Origin: Octopus bimaculoides
Taxonomy: Eukaryota
Length of the DNA stretch: 35,921 nt
NCBI RefSeq assembly: GCF_001194135.2
Contig: NC_069002.1
Coordinates: 9,196,118-9,232,038, forward strand
Direction of reading: 5' to 3'
Position numbers and translations under genes: made by a program. Below are positions 9,869 through 20,934 of this stretch, piece by piece. Position 1 is the stretch's first letter; each line of letters starts with the position of its first letter. The notes under the pieces are model-generated. The model worked only from the letters and a program-made list of their open reading frames with translations. It ran no database searches and had not been told where the DNA came from.

Positions 9869-11333
9869 GGTGGTTCTAATTTGTCTATGATGATGATGAT
9901 GATGATGAGTAGATTTAGATTTTTGTAGTCATCAGGATATCATCCATCCAGCCAAGTCAAGTAGCTGGCCACAGACCAACGTAAACTTTCCACACAAGAG
10001 TGGCTCAATTGAGTGATAAGACATGGATGGCTGGCTTGGTCACATCAGTGAAATCTTTAACTTACACTATAATGCTTGATTAATTCAAAACAACAGGGAT
10101 TAATAAACATTACATTTGATCGAGTAATCCGAAGAATGCTAAAGGGATAAACCAGTCGTATCCAGCCCAGATATTCCACCTGTTTTATGCTACAGCTGGT
10201 CAGATCTAGCCTCTCATATCAAACCTACAGCATCGTCATTTTAAAACTAGACAATCACCTCATCAAAATCCCAAACCTACAAGATAATCCCTAATTAATC
10301 CAAAACAATGTGAATAAATAAGCATTACTTTTGACGAAGTAATCTGAAAGCTAAATGGTTGATTTATTTCATGAATTATTTCCATTATTTTTATTACTTA
10401 ATTAATAATCATTTTTTATTTAATTTTTTTAATTCGTGAATTGTTTCTCTTTTTCTCGGTTTCAGGTCTGAAAAATCTTTCTTCTTCAATGGTGACAATA
10501 GAGCCAGAGGAAGTCCAAACTAATCTCATTCTTATTAAAATCGATAAAGAAATGTCTTTCATCACAAACTTAAAAGAACGCTTAATGACGGTATGAAAAT
10601 AAATCCCTAATTTATTTATCCATTTCATTCTGCAGAAAGTAAAGCCACAAGTTTAAATAAAGTATTCATAAAGACAGAAAACTATTAATGAAACTAATAA
10701 CCTGGTATATAATGTACATATATTAATGTATACATACCTCTAATTGTAGTTCATCCTAAGCAAGAAACCTGTTCTCCACTGGCCCCTTCTTTCATATTTT
10801 TACCCAACTTTTACCCCCCCCCCATATCCAAGTATAATGTTACCTCTTTGGGGTTCTTAGTCTTGCAAGCTACATGGCAACCTCACTAGTGCTGGCGACA
10901 CAAGAATGCCAACCGCTTTATATGCTGTAAAGTAATTGGAATTAGGAAGGATAGAGAAACTATGCTGAAGCAGACACTGGAGGCAGGATACAGTCCTTGG
11001 ACCCAGCGGATTCTGTTAAACTATCCAACCCATGTATTTAATAATAATGATGATGAAAGCTATAGTGATACCGTAGATGGTGATGATCATTACAAATAAT
11101 AAGCCTTTCAATATATTTACTTCATTTCTGTTTTTTATCTTTTTTTTTTTATTTTCTTATTTTTTAAACAGACCACAGAAGCTGAAGTGAAGGAATTGGG
11201 TAAGGAAATCCATGTGGGTTGTAAACTTTTAGGTAAAGATATTCGGTTTGCAATTTGCTGTAATATAAACGAAGAAGACATAGATGATGCCATCAAGAAA
11301 GTCTGTTATGTTTTTAATGAAATTCATTTCTGA
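2765..11333 (+). CDS. THA1: Low-specificity L-threonine aldolase family paralog A (divergent copy), 9 coding exons, about 360 aa
   Basis: Exons: 2765-2873, 3828-3911, 5137-5225, 6652-6834, 7182-7289 (10-N gap inside), 8586-8641, 9674-9810, 10466-10590, 11172-11333 (TGA). All introns are GT-AG and phases match copy B. Motifs: LENTHNRCGG, HIDGARIWNA, CLNK|GIGAP (PLP Lys), QTNL, DIRF. No stop or frameshift in the sequenced part. Confidence 0.93.
5263..5727. mobile_element. Tail-to-tail pair of family A SINEs sharing an (ATT)n tract
   Basis: A + copy (5263-5500) and a - copy (5501-5727) share GTTAGCAC..GAAATGCTTAG..GTTCTGAGTTCAAATT..GAGGTCGACTTTGC. Other family A copies at about 13646-13760, 31470-31665 and 34264-34477 (all -). 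Confidence 0.85.
5845..6350. repeat. Purine-rich GGATGGAGAAGAGG-type low-complexity satellite spanning an assembly gap, followed by (GT)n-type microsatellite to about 6597
   Basis: Repeating GATGGA/GAGAAGAGGG units on both sides of N-run 6003-6289. Confidence 0.85.
7265..7274. other. Assembly gap inside THA1-A exon 5
   Basis: 10 Ns. By comparison with the 138-nt exon 5 of copy B, about 40 nt are missing. Other gaps: 6003-6289, 13126-13645, 22316-22644, 25596-26459, 27206-27219, 32585-32849. Confidence 0.9.
8062..8282 (-). mobile_element. Non-autonomous retroelement with (GAT)n tail, RTE-type 3' end (family D)
   Basis: (CAT)n-CGTTTAATGTCTGCCTTCCATGCTAGCATGGGTTGGACG...CTGGATGCCCTTCCT. Related copies at about 2940-3100, 4615-4700, 19725-19811, 20570-20770 and 29585-29770 (-), and 20934-21217, 28980-29160 and 32890-32946 (+). 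Confidence 0.8.
8297..8490 (+). mobile_element. Family C SINE 5' part (CORE-like CCTTGGGCAAGT block)
   Basis: GGAGTGGCTATGTGGTAAG head followed by CACCTTGGGCAAGTGTCTTCTA...GAAACTGAAAGAAG. The CORE assignment rests on a short motif resemblance only. Confidence 0.75.
8682..9027 (-). mobile_element. Family C SINE, inverted relative to 8297-8490
   Basis: 8926-9027 is the reverse complement of 8362-8463 with 11 mismatches in about 102 nt. It continues into the family C tail (GCTCCAGCATGGCCACAGTCAAATGACTGAAACA). Confidence 0.85.
9185..9415 (-). mobile_element. tRNA-head SINE with V-domain-like 3' module
   Basis: Head related to 82-172; body contains GATGGACTGGC...AAGGG and GCCATAGAAA. Related copy at about 11935-12155 (-). 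Confidence 0.65.
10056..10340 (+). mobile_element. Two tandem fragments of a piggyBac-type MITE family
   Basis: End motifs GCTAAAGGGATAA (10138-10149) and GCTAAATGGTTGA (about 10330-10341). The body aligns with 30570-30752. Confidence 0.55.
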
Positions 11334-12217
11334 AAGAATTAAAGTGTAGTTACATTTTATAGCTATATATATATATATATATATATTGGAAGGTTTGGAG
11401 GTGATGTACAGGAATTATATATTAGAAAAAGTAATAAGGTGCTCAGATATCTGGATGGTTGTACATTTACAGATTTTTATTAATATGTCACATGTTTTAT
11501 AAATATTAACATTTGCACCTATTCTTGTAGGCTTTTTCAAATATTTGAAAAACCTACAAGAATATATATATTTATATGTATGTATGTGTGTGTGTATCAG
11601 GAAAAAAATGGCACGATCAGGCTCTTCGATCACATGATCACAATAGTACCAACTATAAGCACACATGTGCAGAAGGCAGTGTGACAATAATAAAGATATG
11701 TTATTCTGAAAGTGTAGATAATTTTTGACTTCCCCTTGTATATATATAGTTTACATTTCCATTAAGGTAAGATCAACAAAAAACGTACTCCATCTGGTGA
11801 CAGATAAACATTGTTTAAAGTACACAGTAAATAGTTATGAGTCACTAATACTTTCATACATTGAAGATAACCTGCCTAGACAATAACTTCAATGTATGAA
11901 ACTACTAAAGTAAAGATACCATTTCAGTTCACGCTGATTCATGAGGGCTGGTTTCCTGGTTTTCAGGGCATATAAATTCCCCACCTGCATGGGGCACCTG
12001 TCCATCTCAGGCTTAATCATTTGTGCCAACTGAGTGGACTAGAGTAACGTGAAATGAAGTGTTTTGCTCAAGAACACAACACATTGCCTGGTTCAGGAAA
12101 CAAACCCCAAATCTTATGATCATGACTCCATCACCCTAACCACTAAGCTACATACCTCCACTAGGAAGCTATTTCTTGCTCATAATTATAAACTGTGTAC
12201 ATTAAACAGTATATATA

Positions 12218-12450
12218 CAGGGTGGCCCAAAAGTAGGTTTACAGTTATTCAACTATCTCTTTTCATATATTAACAGTTTAGATCTTAATTATAAAAAAAA
12301 AATATGAAACAATTATTCAATGCTGATTTAGTTAATTTTGTCAAGCTCCCTTTTCAGTTTGTAAGATAGAAATTTAAATGTAATAAAATGTTTTAAAAGA
12401 AACTTACAATGCCTACGCGATAACTGTAGACCTACTTTTGGGCCACCCTG
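12218..12450. mobile_element. Tc1/mariner-type MITE, 233 bp
   Basis: 30-bp TIRs CAGGGTGGCCCAAAAGTAGGT(T/C)TACAGTTA (29/30 match), flanked by TA on both sides. Confidence 0.92.
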
Positions 12451-12799
12451 TATATATACACATTTTTTTTATAGTTATCAGTTTATCAGCACTGTGCCCT
12501 TGGTACACTTTATCTTCTTGTTTTAATTGAACAAATTGGTTTTATCAAGAATAATAAACTACATTTGAATAATCTCTTGTTTCTTTTTTCTTCATTGTTA
12601 TAATTGATTAAGTAAATAAGTGACAGCATCATACAATTAAATGTCCTTCATTTCTGATGTTCTGTGAAAAACAAACATACCTGGTCATGAGGAAATATTA
12701 CCTTTCCTGGAAACAAGTGAGGGCTGGTGACCGGAAGAGCATCCAATCATAGAAAATTACATCTCGGCAAAAACCTGCTAAAACACATGAACCCACAGC

Positions 12800-13112
12800 G
12801 TGGCGCCTTGATCAAGTGTCTTCTACTATAGCCTCAGGCCAATCAAAGCCTTGCGAGTGGATTTAGTAGATGGAAACTGAAAGAAGCCTGTCGTATATAT
12901 GTGTATATGTATATATATATATATGTGTGTTTGTGTGTCTGTGTTTGTTCCCCCACCATCGCTTGACAACCGATGCTGGTGTGTTTACGTCCCCGTAACT
13001 TAGCGGTTCGGCAAAAGAGACCGGTAGAATAAGTACTAGGCTTCCAAAGAATAGGTCCTGGGGTCGATTTGCTCGATTAAAGGCGTCAAATGACTGAAAC
13101 AAGTAAAAGAGT
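12800..13112 (+). mobile_element. Family C SINE, near full length
   Basis: Core block, internal microsatellite, then ATCGCTTGACAACCGATGCTGG...ATGACTGAAACAAGTAAAAGAG tail. Other copies at about 14933-15297, 21244-21360 and 28490-28720 (+), and 3735-3790, 4345-4500, 18345-18425 and 19220-19353 (-). Confidence 0.8.
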
Positions 13113-13813
13113 ATATGTGTGTGTANNNNNNNNNNNNNNNNNNNNNNNNNNNNNNNNNNNNNNNNNNNNNNNNNNNNNNNNNNNNNNNNNNNNNNNNNNN
13201 NNNNNNNNNNNNNNNNNNNNNNNNNNNNNNNNNNNNNNNNNNNNNNNNNNNNNNNNNNNNNNNNNNNNNNNNNNNNNNNNNNNNNNNNNNNNNNNNNNNN
13301 NNNNNNNNNNNNNNNNNNNNNNNNNNNNNNNNNNNNNNNNNNNNNNNNNNNNNNNNNNNNNNNNNNNNNNNNNNNNNNNNNNNNNNNNNNNNNNNNNNNN
13401 NNNNNNNNNNNNNNNNNNNNNNNNNNNNNNNNNNNNNNNNNNNNNNNNNNNNNNNNNNNNNNNNNNNNNNNNNNNNNNNNNNNNNNNNNNNNNNNNNNNN
13501 NNNNNNNNNNNNNNNNNNNNNNNNNNNNNNNNNNNNNNNNNNNNNNNNNNNNNNNNNNNNNNNNNNNNNNNNNNNNNNNNNNNNNNNNNNNNNNNNNNNN
13601 NNNNNNNNNNNNNNNNNNNNNNNNNNNNNNNNNNNNNNNNNNNNNGTACTTATTTTTTTTTGGACAGCGAAAGGATAAAAGGCGGCCCCGGCAGAATTTG
13701 AACTTAGAACGTAAAGACGGACGAAATACCTCTAAGCAATTTGTCCGGCGAGAACCGTTGTGAAATCATTGGACAAAAAATGATGATGATAATGATGATG
13801 ATGATGTGTGTGT

Positions 13814-13909
13814 GTGTGCGTGTGTCCATGCGTGCGTAAACGTGTGCGTGTGTCCATGCGTGCGTAAACGTGTGCGTGTGTCCATGCGTGCGTAAACGTG
13901 TGCGTGTGT
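13814..13909. repeat. 28-bp minisatellite x3.4
   Basis: Unit GTGTGCGTGTGTCCATGCGTGCGTAAAC; TCCATG occurs at 13825, 13853 and 13881. Confidence 0.9.
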
Positions 13910-15841
13910 TCCTCCACCCTAGTCACTTGATAACTGGTGTTGTTTTGTTTACATCCCCGTATCTTAGTGGTTCGCTAAAAGCGACTAATAAGTACCAGAC
14001 TTCAAAAATAAATCAAATTAAATAAGCAAGTACTGGAATGATGCATATGACAGGTCATGGAAACCTTTTTAACCCGTCGAAATAGTCTTACCAGAGGCGG
14101 GCCGTGTATGAGATAAAATATGCAGGGTTAAAGGTCAAAGCTTTGCTTTCTTGTCTGTCTAGTCTAAGATAGGCTTTTGTGATTGTTTTAATTATTTTAT
14201 TACGCCCACTCACGCACATACGCCTATTAACACGTACACATGCATAGAGTAAAAGGTCAAAGTATATACGCGCGCGCGCGTGTGTGTGTATGCATGTATG
14301 TATGTACGTATGTATTATATATTACATACACCTTCATAGATAGATACACACGCGCGCACGCATATTAAAACAAGGGAGGTTACTCTAAAGTAATTTTTCA
14401 ACATATTTGAATCATCCTTTTGTCATTGTTTTTATTGCTTCTGTCTCAGGTAAGAATTTTGTTTTTGTTTTCTTTTGGTACTTGTGATTGTTTATTTTAA
14501 TGCATACATACACACACACATATAAAATAATGGATGTCTTAATACAGAAATACTTGAAATCCTTAAGGTTTTTTTTACAAACTTTATCACGCTTATGTGG
14601 TTTGAAGATTTCTTCGTTCCACGTCGATCCTGACACGCGGGATCTTCAACAAATGTCTTTTTATTCTTCGAAGACCTCCACCAAAGAATATACACATGTC
14701 TTGAAATATTCATTCCATCCGAGTTTGCACGGGTAATCTTTCAGAAATTTAGTGAACCGTTATGTAACGCAAGGCTTTATGTATCGTTACGGTTATTTGG
14801 CTCCGTTAGAACCGATTGCCTAAGATATTTACAGTTCACAAAATGCAGAATATAATTCTTTTTTTTTTTTCCTTAAAAAATAGTTTCTCATTAGAAAACT
14901 TCCCATTTAATTACACGAAATAATATTGATGTGTTTACCCAGGCTTGGCTGTGTGGTAAGCAGAATGCCTCCTCACCATATTGTCTTGGGTTCAAACCCT
15001 TTGCAAACACCCTGGCCGAGTCTTCCACTACAGCTCTGTGCCGACCAAAGCCTTTTGAGTGGATTTGGTAGACGGAAACTAAGGGAGTCCAAGTGTGTGT
15101 ATGTGTGTGACTACCGCTTGGCAACCGGTGTTTGTTTGTTTACGCCCCTATGCCTTAGTGGTTTCGGCAAAATGAGACCGATAGAATTAGCAACAAACTT
15201 AAAAATAAATACTGGAGTCGATTTGTGCAACTAAACCTTTCGAGGAGGTACCTGAGCATGGTTGCAGTCAAAAGACTGAAACAAGCAAAAGATAGAAGAT
15301 ATGATCATTAACGCAAATAAATTATTAGTGGTGGTCACAACTGGATTTACCGCCAAGTATAGCTGCAATAGGTTAAGAAGGAACTTTTTGTTGAAATTCT
15401 AGAATAACACAAAAGACACAAAACAATGAAGATGAACTTTTTGGAGCAAAATAATTTGGTGAACTTTGGGAATAGCTATCTCGAATAAAATGACGAAAGA
15501 ATAAATTCGTTTCAATCGTGGAAGCTACCTCGAAGGTACGATCGGGACAGGTGAGATATTTAAAAAAACATGGAAGCACATCTACACTAGTGTACCCTCC
15601 CACAACTTTGTTTCCTCATAACATTCTGAAAAATGAGTATTTTTTTTTAAGAGGTTTTCTTCAAATATCTCTCAGAGGATGTAGATTACGACTATATAGA
15701 AATTTACTGTAAAAAAAATTCTTTTAATTAAAAAAAATAATAAATTGTACACGTACGTACTGACATATATATCTACAAAATGAAACTTGATATTTTGAGA
15801 AAAATGAGATGTCAGTCGGTATGTATATATGTACGCCTACC

Positions 15842-15873
<32 letters not shown>

Positions 15874-16136
15874 CACTACATTCCAATAATTGTAATTTAC
15901 AACATCTGAAAACTATTTCTAGAAAATTTTCCTTTAAAAATAACTATTTTTCTAAATTTTATGAGGGAGCAGAGTCAGAATCCAGACACACTTATACAGA
16001 GATCCTAACATGGATTTTTAAAAAGGATTTTCTTTTAAGTAATTTTCAAGTGTTTTTTTTTTGTTTGTTTTTTTTTTGTTTTTTTGCAATGTGGGATACA
16101 GATCTGTTTCAAGTCCATTAAGTTACTGCTGCAGTG

Positions 16137-19100
16137 ATGGCCCCAACAATTGTGGATTTGAGAAGTGATACAGTCACAAAACCTTCCCAGGCCATGAGAG
16201 AGGTCATTGCAAATGCTGAAGTGGGAGACGATGTTTTAAGAGAAGATCCAACTATCTTAGGTAATATTTAGGTCATTGACTTTCCTTTCTTGTAATAATA
16301 GTAGCAACATGCATATTTAAATAACAGTTACACACACACGCACATACATTCACACTGTCATACAGACAAACATAACCATGTGTGTGAAGTTTCTAACTGC
16401 CGACAAGGCATATCTGAAGCTTTCATCTTTCCTTAAGGTATAGAAACCAAATAGCAGCCACTGAAGCTATGCCACTGAAAATTTCCTTCTTCTCATCAGT
16501 TTCAAAAGCCTCAGGGTTGCCACCATCAATATCAAAAGAGCACTATAAAATGTATATAAAAATGCAATTTTTATAATTTCAGCCTTAGAAGAAAAATGTG
16601 CAAAACTTCTTGGCAAAGAAAAGGCCTTGTTTGTTCCTTCTGGGACCATGGCAAATTTATTAAGCAGTAAGTTATTACGTAATGTTTTATTTGGACTTTA
16701 TTTGTATTCATTGTCTTTCAATATGAGTCAGTTTGTCATGGATACTAACAACATAATGTATTTAGTCAATCTCAACTATTTTTATTACCTTCTGGCTCTC
16801 TTTTGTAGATATTCTTGAAGTATAGTCACTAATCTAAAACTTACTTTTAATTATATTAGAACTTTTAATTATATTAGAACTTTTAATTATATTTATTTTC
16901 TAAGTTCCAAGGTACATCTGTGAGATATACCTTGGAAGTAAGATCTAGTTGATGGCATCTTTGTACAGAATATTGATTGCATTTACAATGATATCAAAGA
17001 TACCAAATTCTCTGTGAATCTGCTACAATTTGAGTCAGTGGGATTAGCCAAAAAAGCTTTGAGCATCAAATATGATAATCCTTGGCTGATGTACGCGAGG
17101 GTAGCTATCTTTGTTAATATGGATATGTAACATAATGGGTGAGGTATGTTGAATGTTTGACATGGTTATATTCAAGAAAGAGGAAGACTAAAGATGAATT
17201 TGAAAAAACATTGAAAGAGTTATCTATATTTTTGTATATTTCTTTCTTTCTGTAAAGTACCATATTTTCTCATGTATAAATCCTACTTGTTTTATACGTG
17301 ATTGTAACTTAAAAAACTGGGTGAAACTTATATATGAAGCAAGACTGATATCAAGTTTGAGTATGAAGGGAAAAGATTTTGTGTCAAGATTTAATACTAA
17401 AGTAAGGTTGTGACTTCTACATTCATAAATACAGTAGTTATTTTGAATTTTTATTCACCAGATTGGCATTTAATGCTGCAAAATCAGTTGTAGAGATGTG
17501 AAATTTTGAATAAATGTAGCTTTCTCTTCTTCCATAATCTATATTTGTATTTTATGGATATTGCTGCTAATGCACCAACTTCTTAGAATTATGCTTAAGT
17601 ATCGTGAGCCCTCTTCCGAGGTACTCATGCATAAATCACTCGGATTTCTCCTTAATTTTAACTGAAAAGTCTAGGGTGCAGCTTATATATGAAGCAAGGC
17701 TGATATCAAGTTGGAATATGAAGGGAAACAAATTTTGTACCAAGATTTAACACTAAATTAGGCGTGTGATTTATGCATGGAGTAAATAAGGTATTTAATT
17801 TCTTTTAAAATCCTTTAACAGCTATGAGTCACTGTCATGAAAGAGGTTTGGAAATTATAATTGGAGATCAAGCTCATGTTGGTATTTATGAACAAGGCAA
17901 TGTTGCACAAGTAAGTAGCTTACCCATTGCTTTGTGTGTGTGTGCACACCTGCACATGTGTATATTTACATATATACACTACTACTACCTCTAATACTAC
18001 TACTATCACCACCACTTCTACTGCTACTACCATCATCACGACTACTACCACCACCACTACCACCTTGTTGCTACATCACAGTTTTTTCCCATGCACTGTT
18101 TTCCTGAGCTTCCACTGACCACTCCCTTGTGTTCTTCTCCTTCCCATCCATTTTCACATTTATTCTTTCACATCAGGCATTCACCCCTTCCTCCATTCCA
18201 TGATTTGTTATTGGAATATTTAAATACTTTGCTATATTTAAGGGAACATTTCAATGTAAGATTGGTTCTACAATTTAATAAATTTAATTTTGAAGTAATT
18301 ATATAATACATTCCTCTAGGCAAAGATCACGTTTAAGATTGCCCTAAGTGACACGCAATGGTACTGAACTAAAGACTATATGGTTGGAAAGCAAGCTTTC
18401 CCTCAACCACATAGCCATACCTGCACGCATATTATAAATATGTAAATTTAGAATTATGCTCTTCACAGATTGCTGGAGTATTTGCAAGAATCATCCCCAA
18501 CCAGAAAGATGGAACTCTTGATCTTGCTACAATTGCCAAGACAATATCAACAGGAGGTGACGCCCACCTCTGTAAAACGAAAGTTATCTACCTGGAAACT
18601 ACTCATAATAGATGTGGAGGGAAAATATTACCTTTAGATTATCTACAAAAGGTAAGAGCAATTTTGTAAATTCATTTTATTCATCATTTGTATTAGATCT
18701 GTGAAGAGGCGGGTATTCATAAGTGTAGCTGGATCGGTGTGAAGACAGAATGAGACAATTTGGCACTGTTGGTGTTTAAAAACTTGGAATTAAACTACAA
18801 AAAAGGTAAAGCAAAATTATCAACTGTATTCTCTATTTTAACAGTTTAATAATTTATATTTTCCCAGGTGTATAATTTAGCACAGGAAAATGGTATCAAG
18901 GTGCATATAGATGGTGCACGCCTTATGAATGCAGCTGTTGGTCTCGGTGTTCCTGCTTCTGAAATAACAAAATACTGTGATTCTGTCAGCTTGTGTTTCA
19001 GTAAAGTAAGATATATGTTTGATGTTAACATAGTTAGGTGCAGGGGTGGCTTCCTGAACACATGATTCCGGGTTCAGTCCCACTGCGGGGCACATTGGGC

Positions 19101-20899
19101 AAGTGTCTTCTACTACAAGGTTTTTATTTCATGCTGACCATTTGATAAAATCATTAAAGTCATTTTATCCTTAATTCTATAAAGAATAAATATATATATG
19201 TGTGTGTGTGTGTGTGTATATATCAGCCCAAGACTATAGTAGAAGACACTTGCTAAAGATGCCATGCTGTGGGGCTGAACCAGAAACCAGTGGGAATGAA
19301 CTCAGTATTACATGGTTGCAAAGCAAGCTTCTTAACCAGACAGCCATGCTTGCACTTTATGTATATTTCCAGAATATTTAATTTTTGGTTTAATACGATT
19401 TTTCTAAATTTATTTCTAAATCTAAAAAATATTCATTTCATTATCAATCCATTTCTGTGTTTCTAATATCTGTAAAAAATGTTCTTCAAACTATCTTCAG
19501 GGAATTGGGGCTCCAGTTGGGTCAGTTTTAGCTGGTACTGAATCTTTCATCACAAGGTTTGTATCAAGTGATATTACTATTTATTTCATATTGTAACATG
19601 TTAACAAATTCTTCCAGGATTAAAAAAAAATTTTGATTTAACAGAAAGTACAAGAACATTGGATTAAATATCTCCATCTTGCACAAACAGTTGTGATTGC
19701 TTCCTCTGAGGAAACTTCATCATCCTCATCATCATCGTTTAACATCCATTTTCAATGGGTTGGACGATTTGACTGAGGACTGGTGAACCAGATGGCTGCA
19801 CCAGGCTCCAATTCAGTTGTCTTAATGAAATTATAATTAATTATATTTATTTCTTTTTTCTTGTTATCAGGGCCTTAAGAAGCCGTAAAGCTCTCGGAGG
19901 TGGAATGAGACAAGCAGGAATATTGGCTGCTGCTGCCATATATGGTTTAGACAGAGTTCAAGAAACCATTACAAGAGACCATGCTCATGCAAAGAAATTG
20001 GTCAATGGTAAATACATTTAATTATTATGATGCTTTGTATTTGGAAAAGTTGATTCCATGTCTCACCCAGAGACCTCAAGAGATAACAAGTTAGAAGTTC
20101 AAGTTGGTGTTATGATTAGGGTGCCATATATTTGGTTTATATGTGGTTGGGAAGAAAGCTTCTAACCACACTGCTATTCATGCGCCTATTTTATTTTATA
20201 AAATTTAATTATTTGATGAAATAATACTGAAATAATTATTTAATTAAAAATTAACTATTTTTTTATTTCATTTTGTGAATTGTTTCTCATTTTGTTGATT
20301 TCAGGTCTGAAAAATCTTTCTTCTTCGGCGGTGAAAGTAGAACCGGAAGAAGTCCAAACTAACATCATGTTTATTGAGATCAATAAAGACATTGCCTTCA
20401 TTTCTGATTTAATTAAACGTTTAATGACGGTATGAAAGCTATTCCCTAATTTATTTATCCATTTCACTCTGCAAACAGTCACCAGTTTAAATATGAATAT
20501 TTATAAAGAGAGAAAACTAAGAGTACCATAACCTGGTATATAGATTTGATATATTAATGTATGTATCATAATCATCATCTAACGTCTGCTTTCCATGCTG
20601 GCATGGGTTAGACGGTTTGATTGAAACTAGTAAACTGGGGAGCCTCACCAGATTCCAATCTGATTTGGTATGGTTTCTACAGATGAATGCCCTTCCTGAC
20701 ACCAACCACTCCAAGAGTGTTTAGGGGTGGTTTTTTACATACTGCCAGCATGGGTCCCAGTTATGTGACATTGGCATCAGCCACAACTATGATTTCACTT
20801 GGCTTGACGAATCTTCTTAAGCACAGCATATCGCCAAAGGCCTCGGTCACTTATTGCTTCCGTGAGGCCCAATGTTCAAAGATCATGTATATGTACACA

Positions 20900-20934
<35 letters not shown>

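Noticed and set aside
2765-11333. Calling THA1-A a pseudogene
   Set aside because: No stop, frameshift or broken splice site in any sequenced exon, and the PLP lysine and carboxylate-binding arginines are kept. Final judgement depends on the exon 5 gap and expression data.
13814-13909. CRISPR-like array
   Set aside because: Contiguous 28-bp units with no unique spacers, no cas genes, and a eukaryotic context.
14069-14131. Tiny piggyBac element TTAA-CCC...GGG-TTAA
   Set aside because: Only a 7-bp inverted match in AT-rich DNA; could be chance.
11400-16000. Third THA1 copy or exon remnants between the paralogs
   Set aside because: No matching exon sequence seen, although the 520-N gap at 13126-13645 cannot be inspected.
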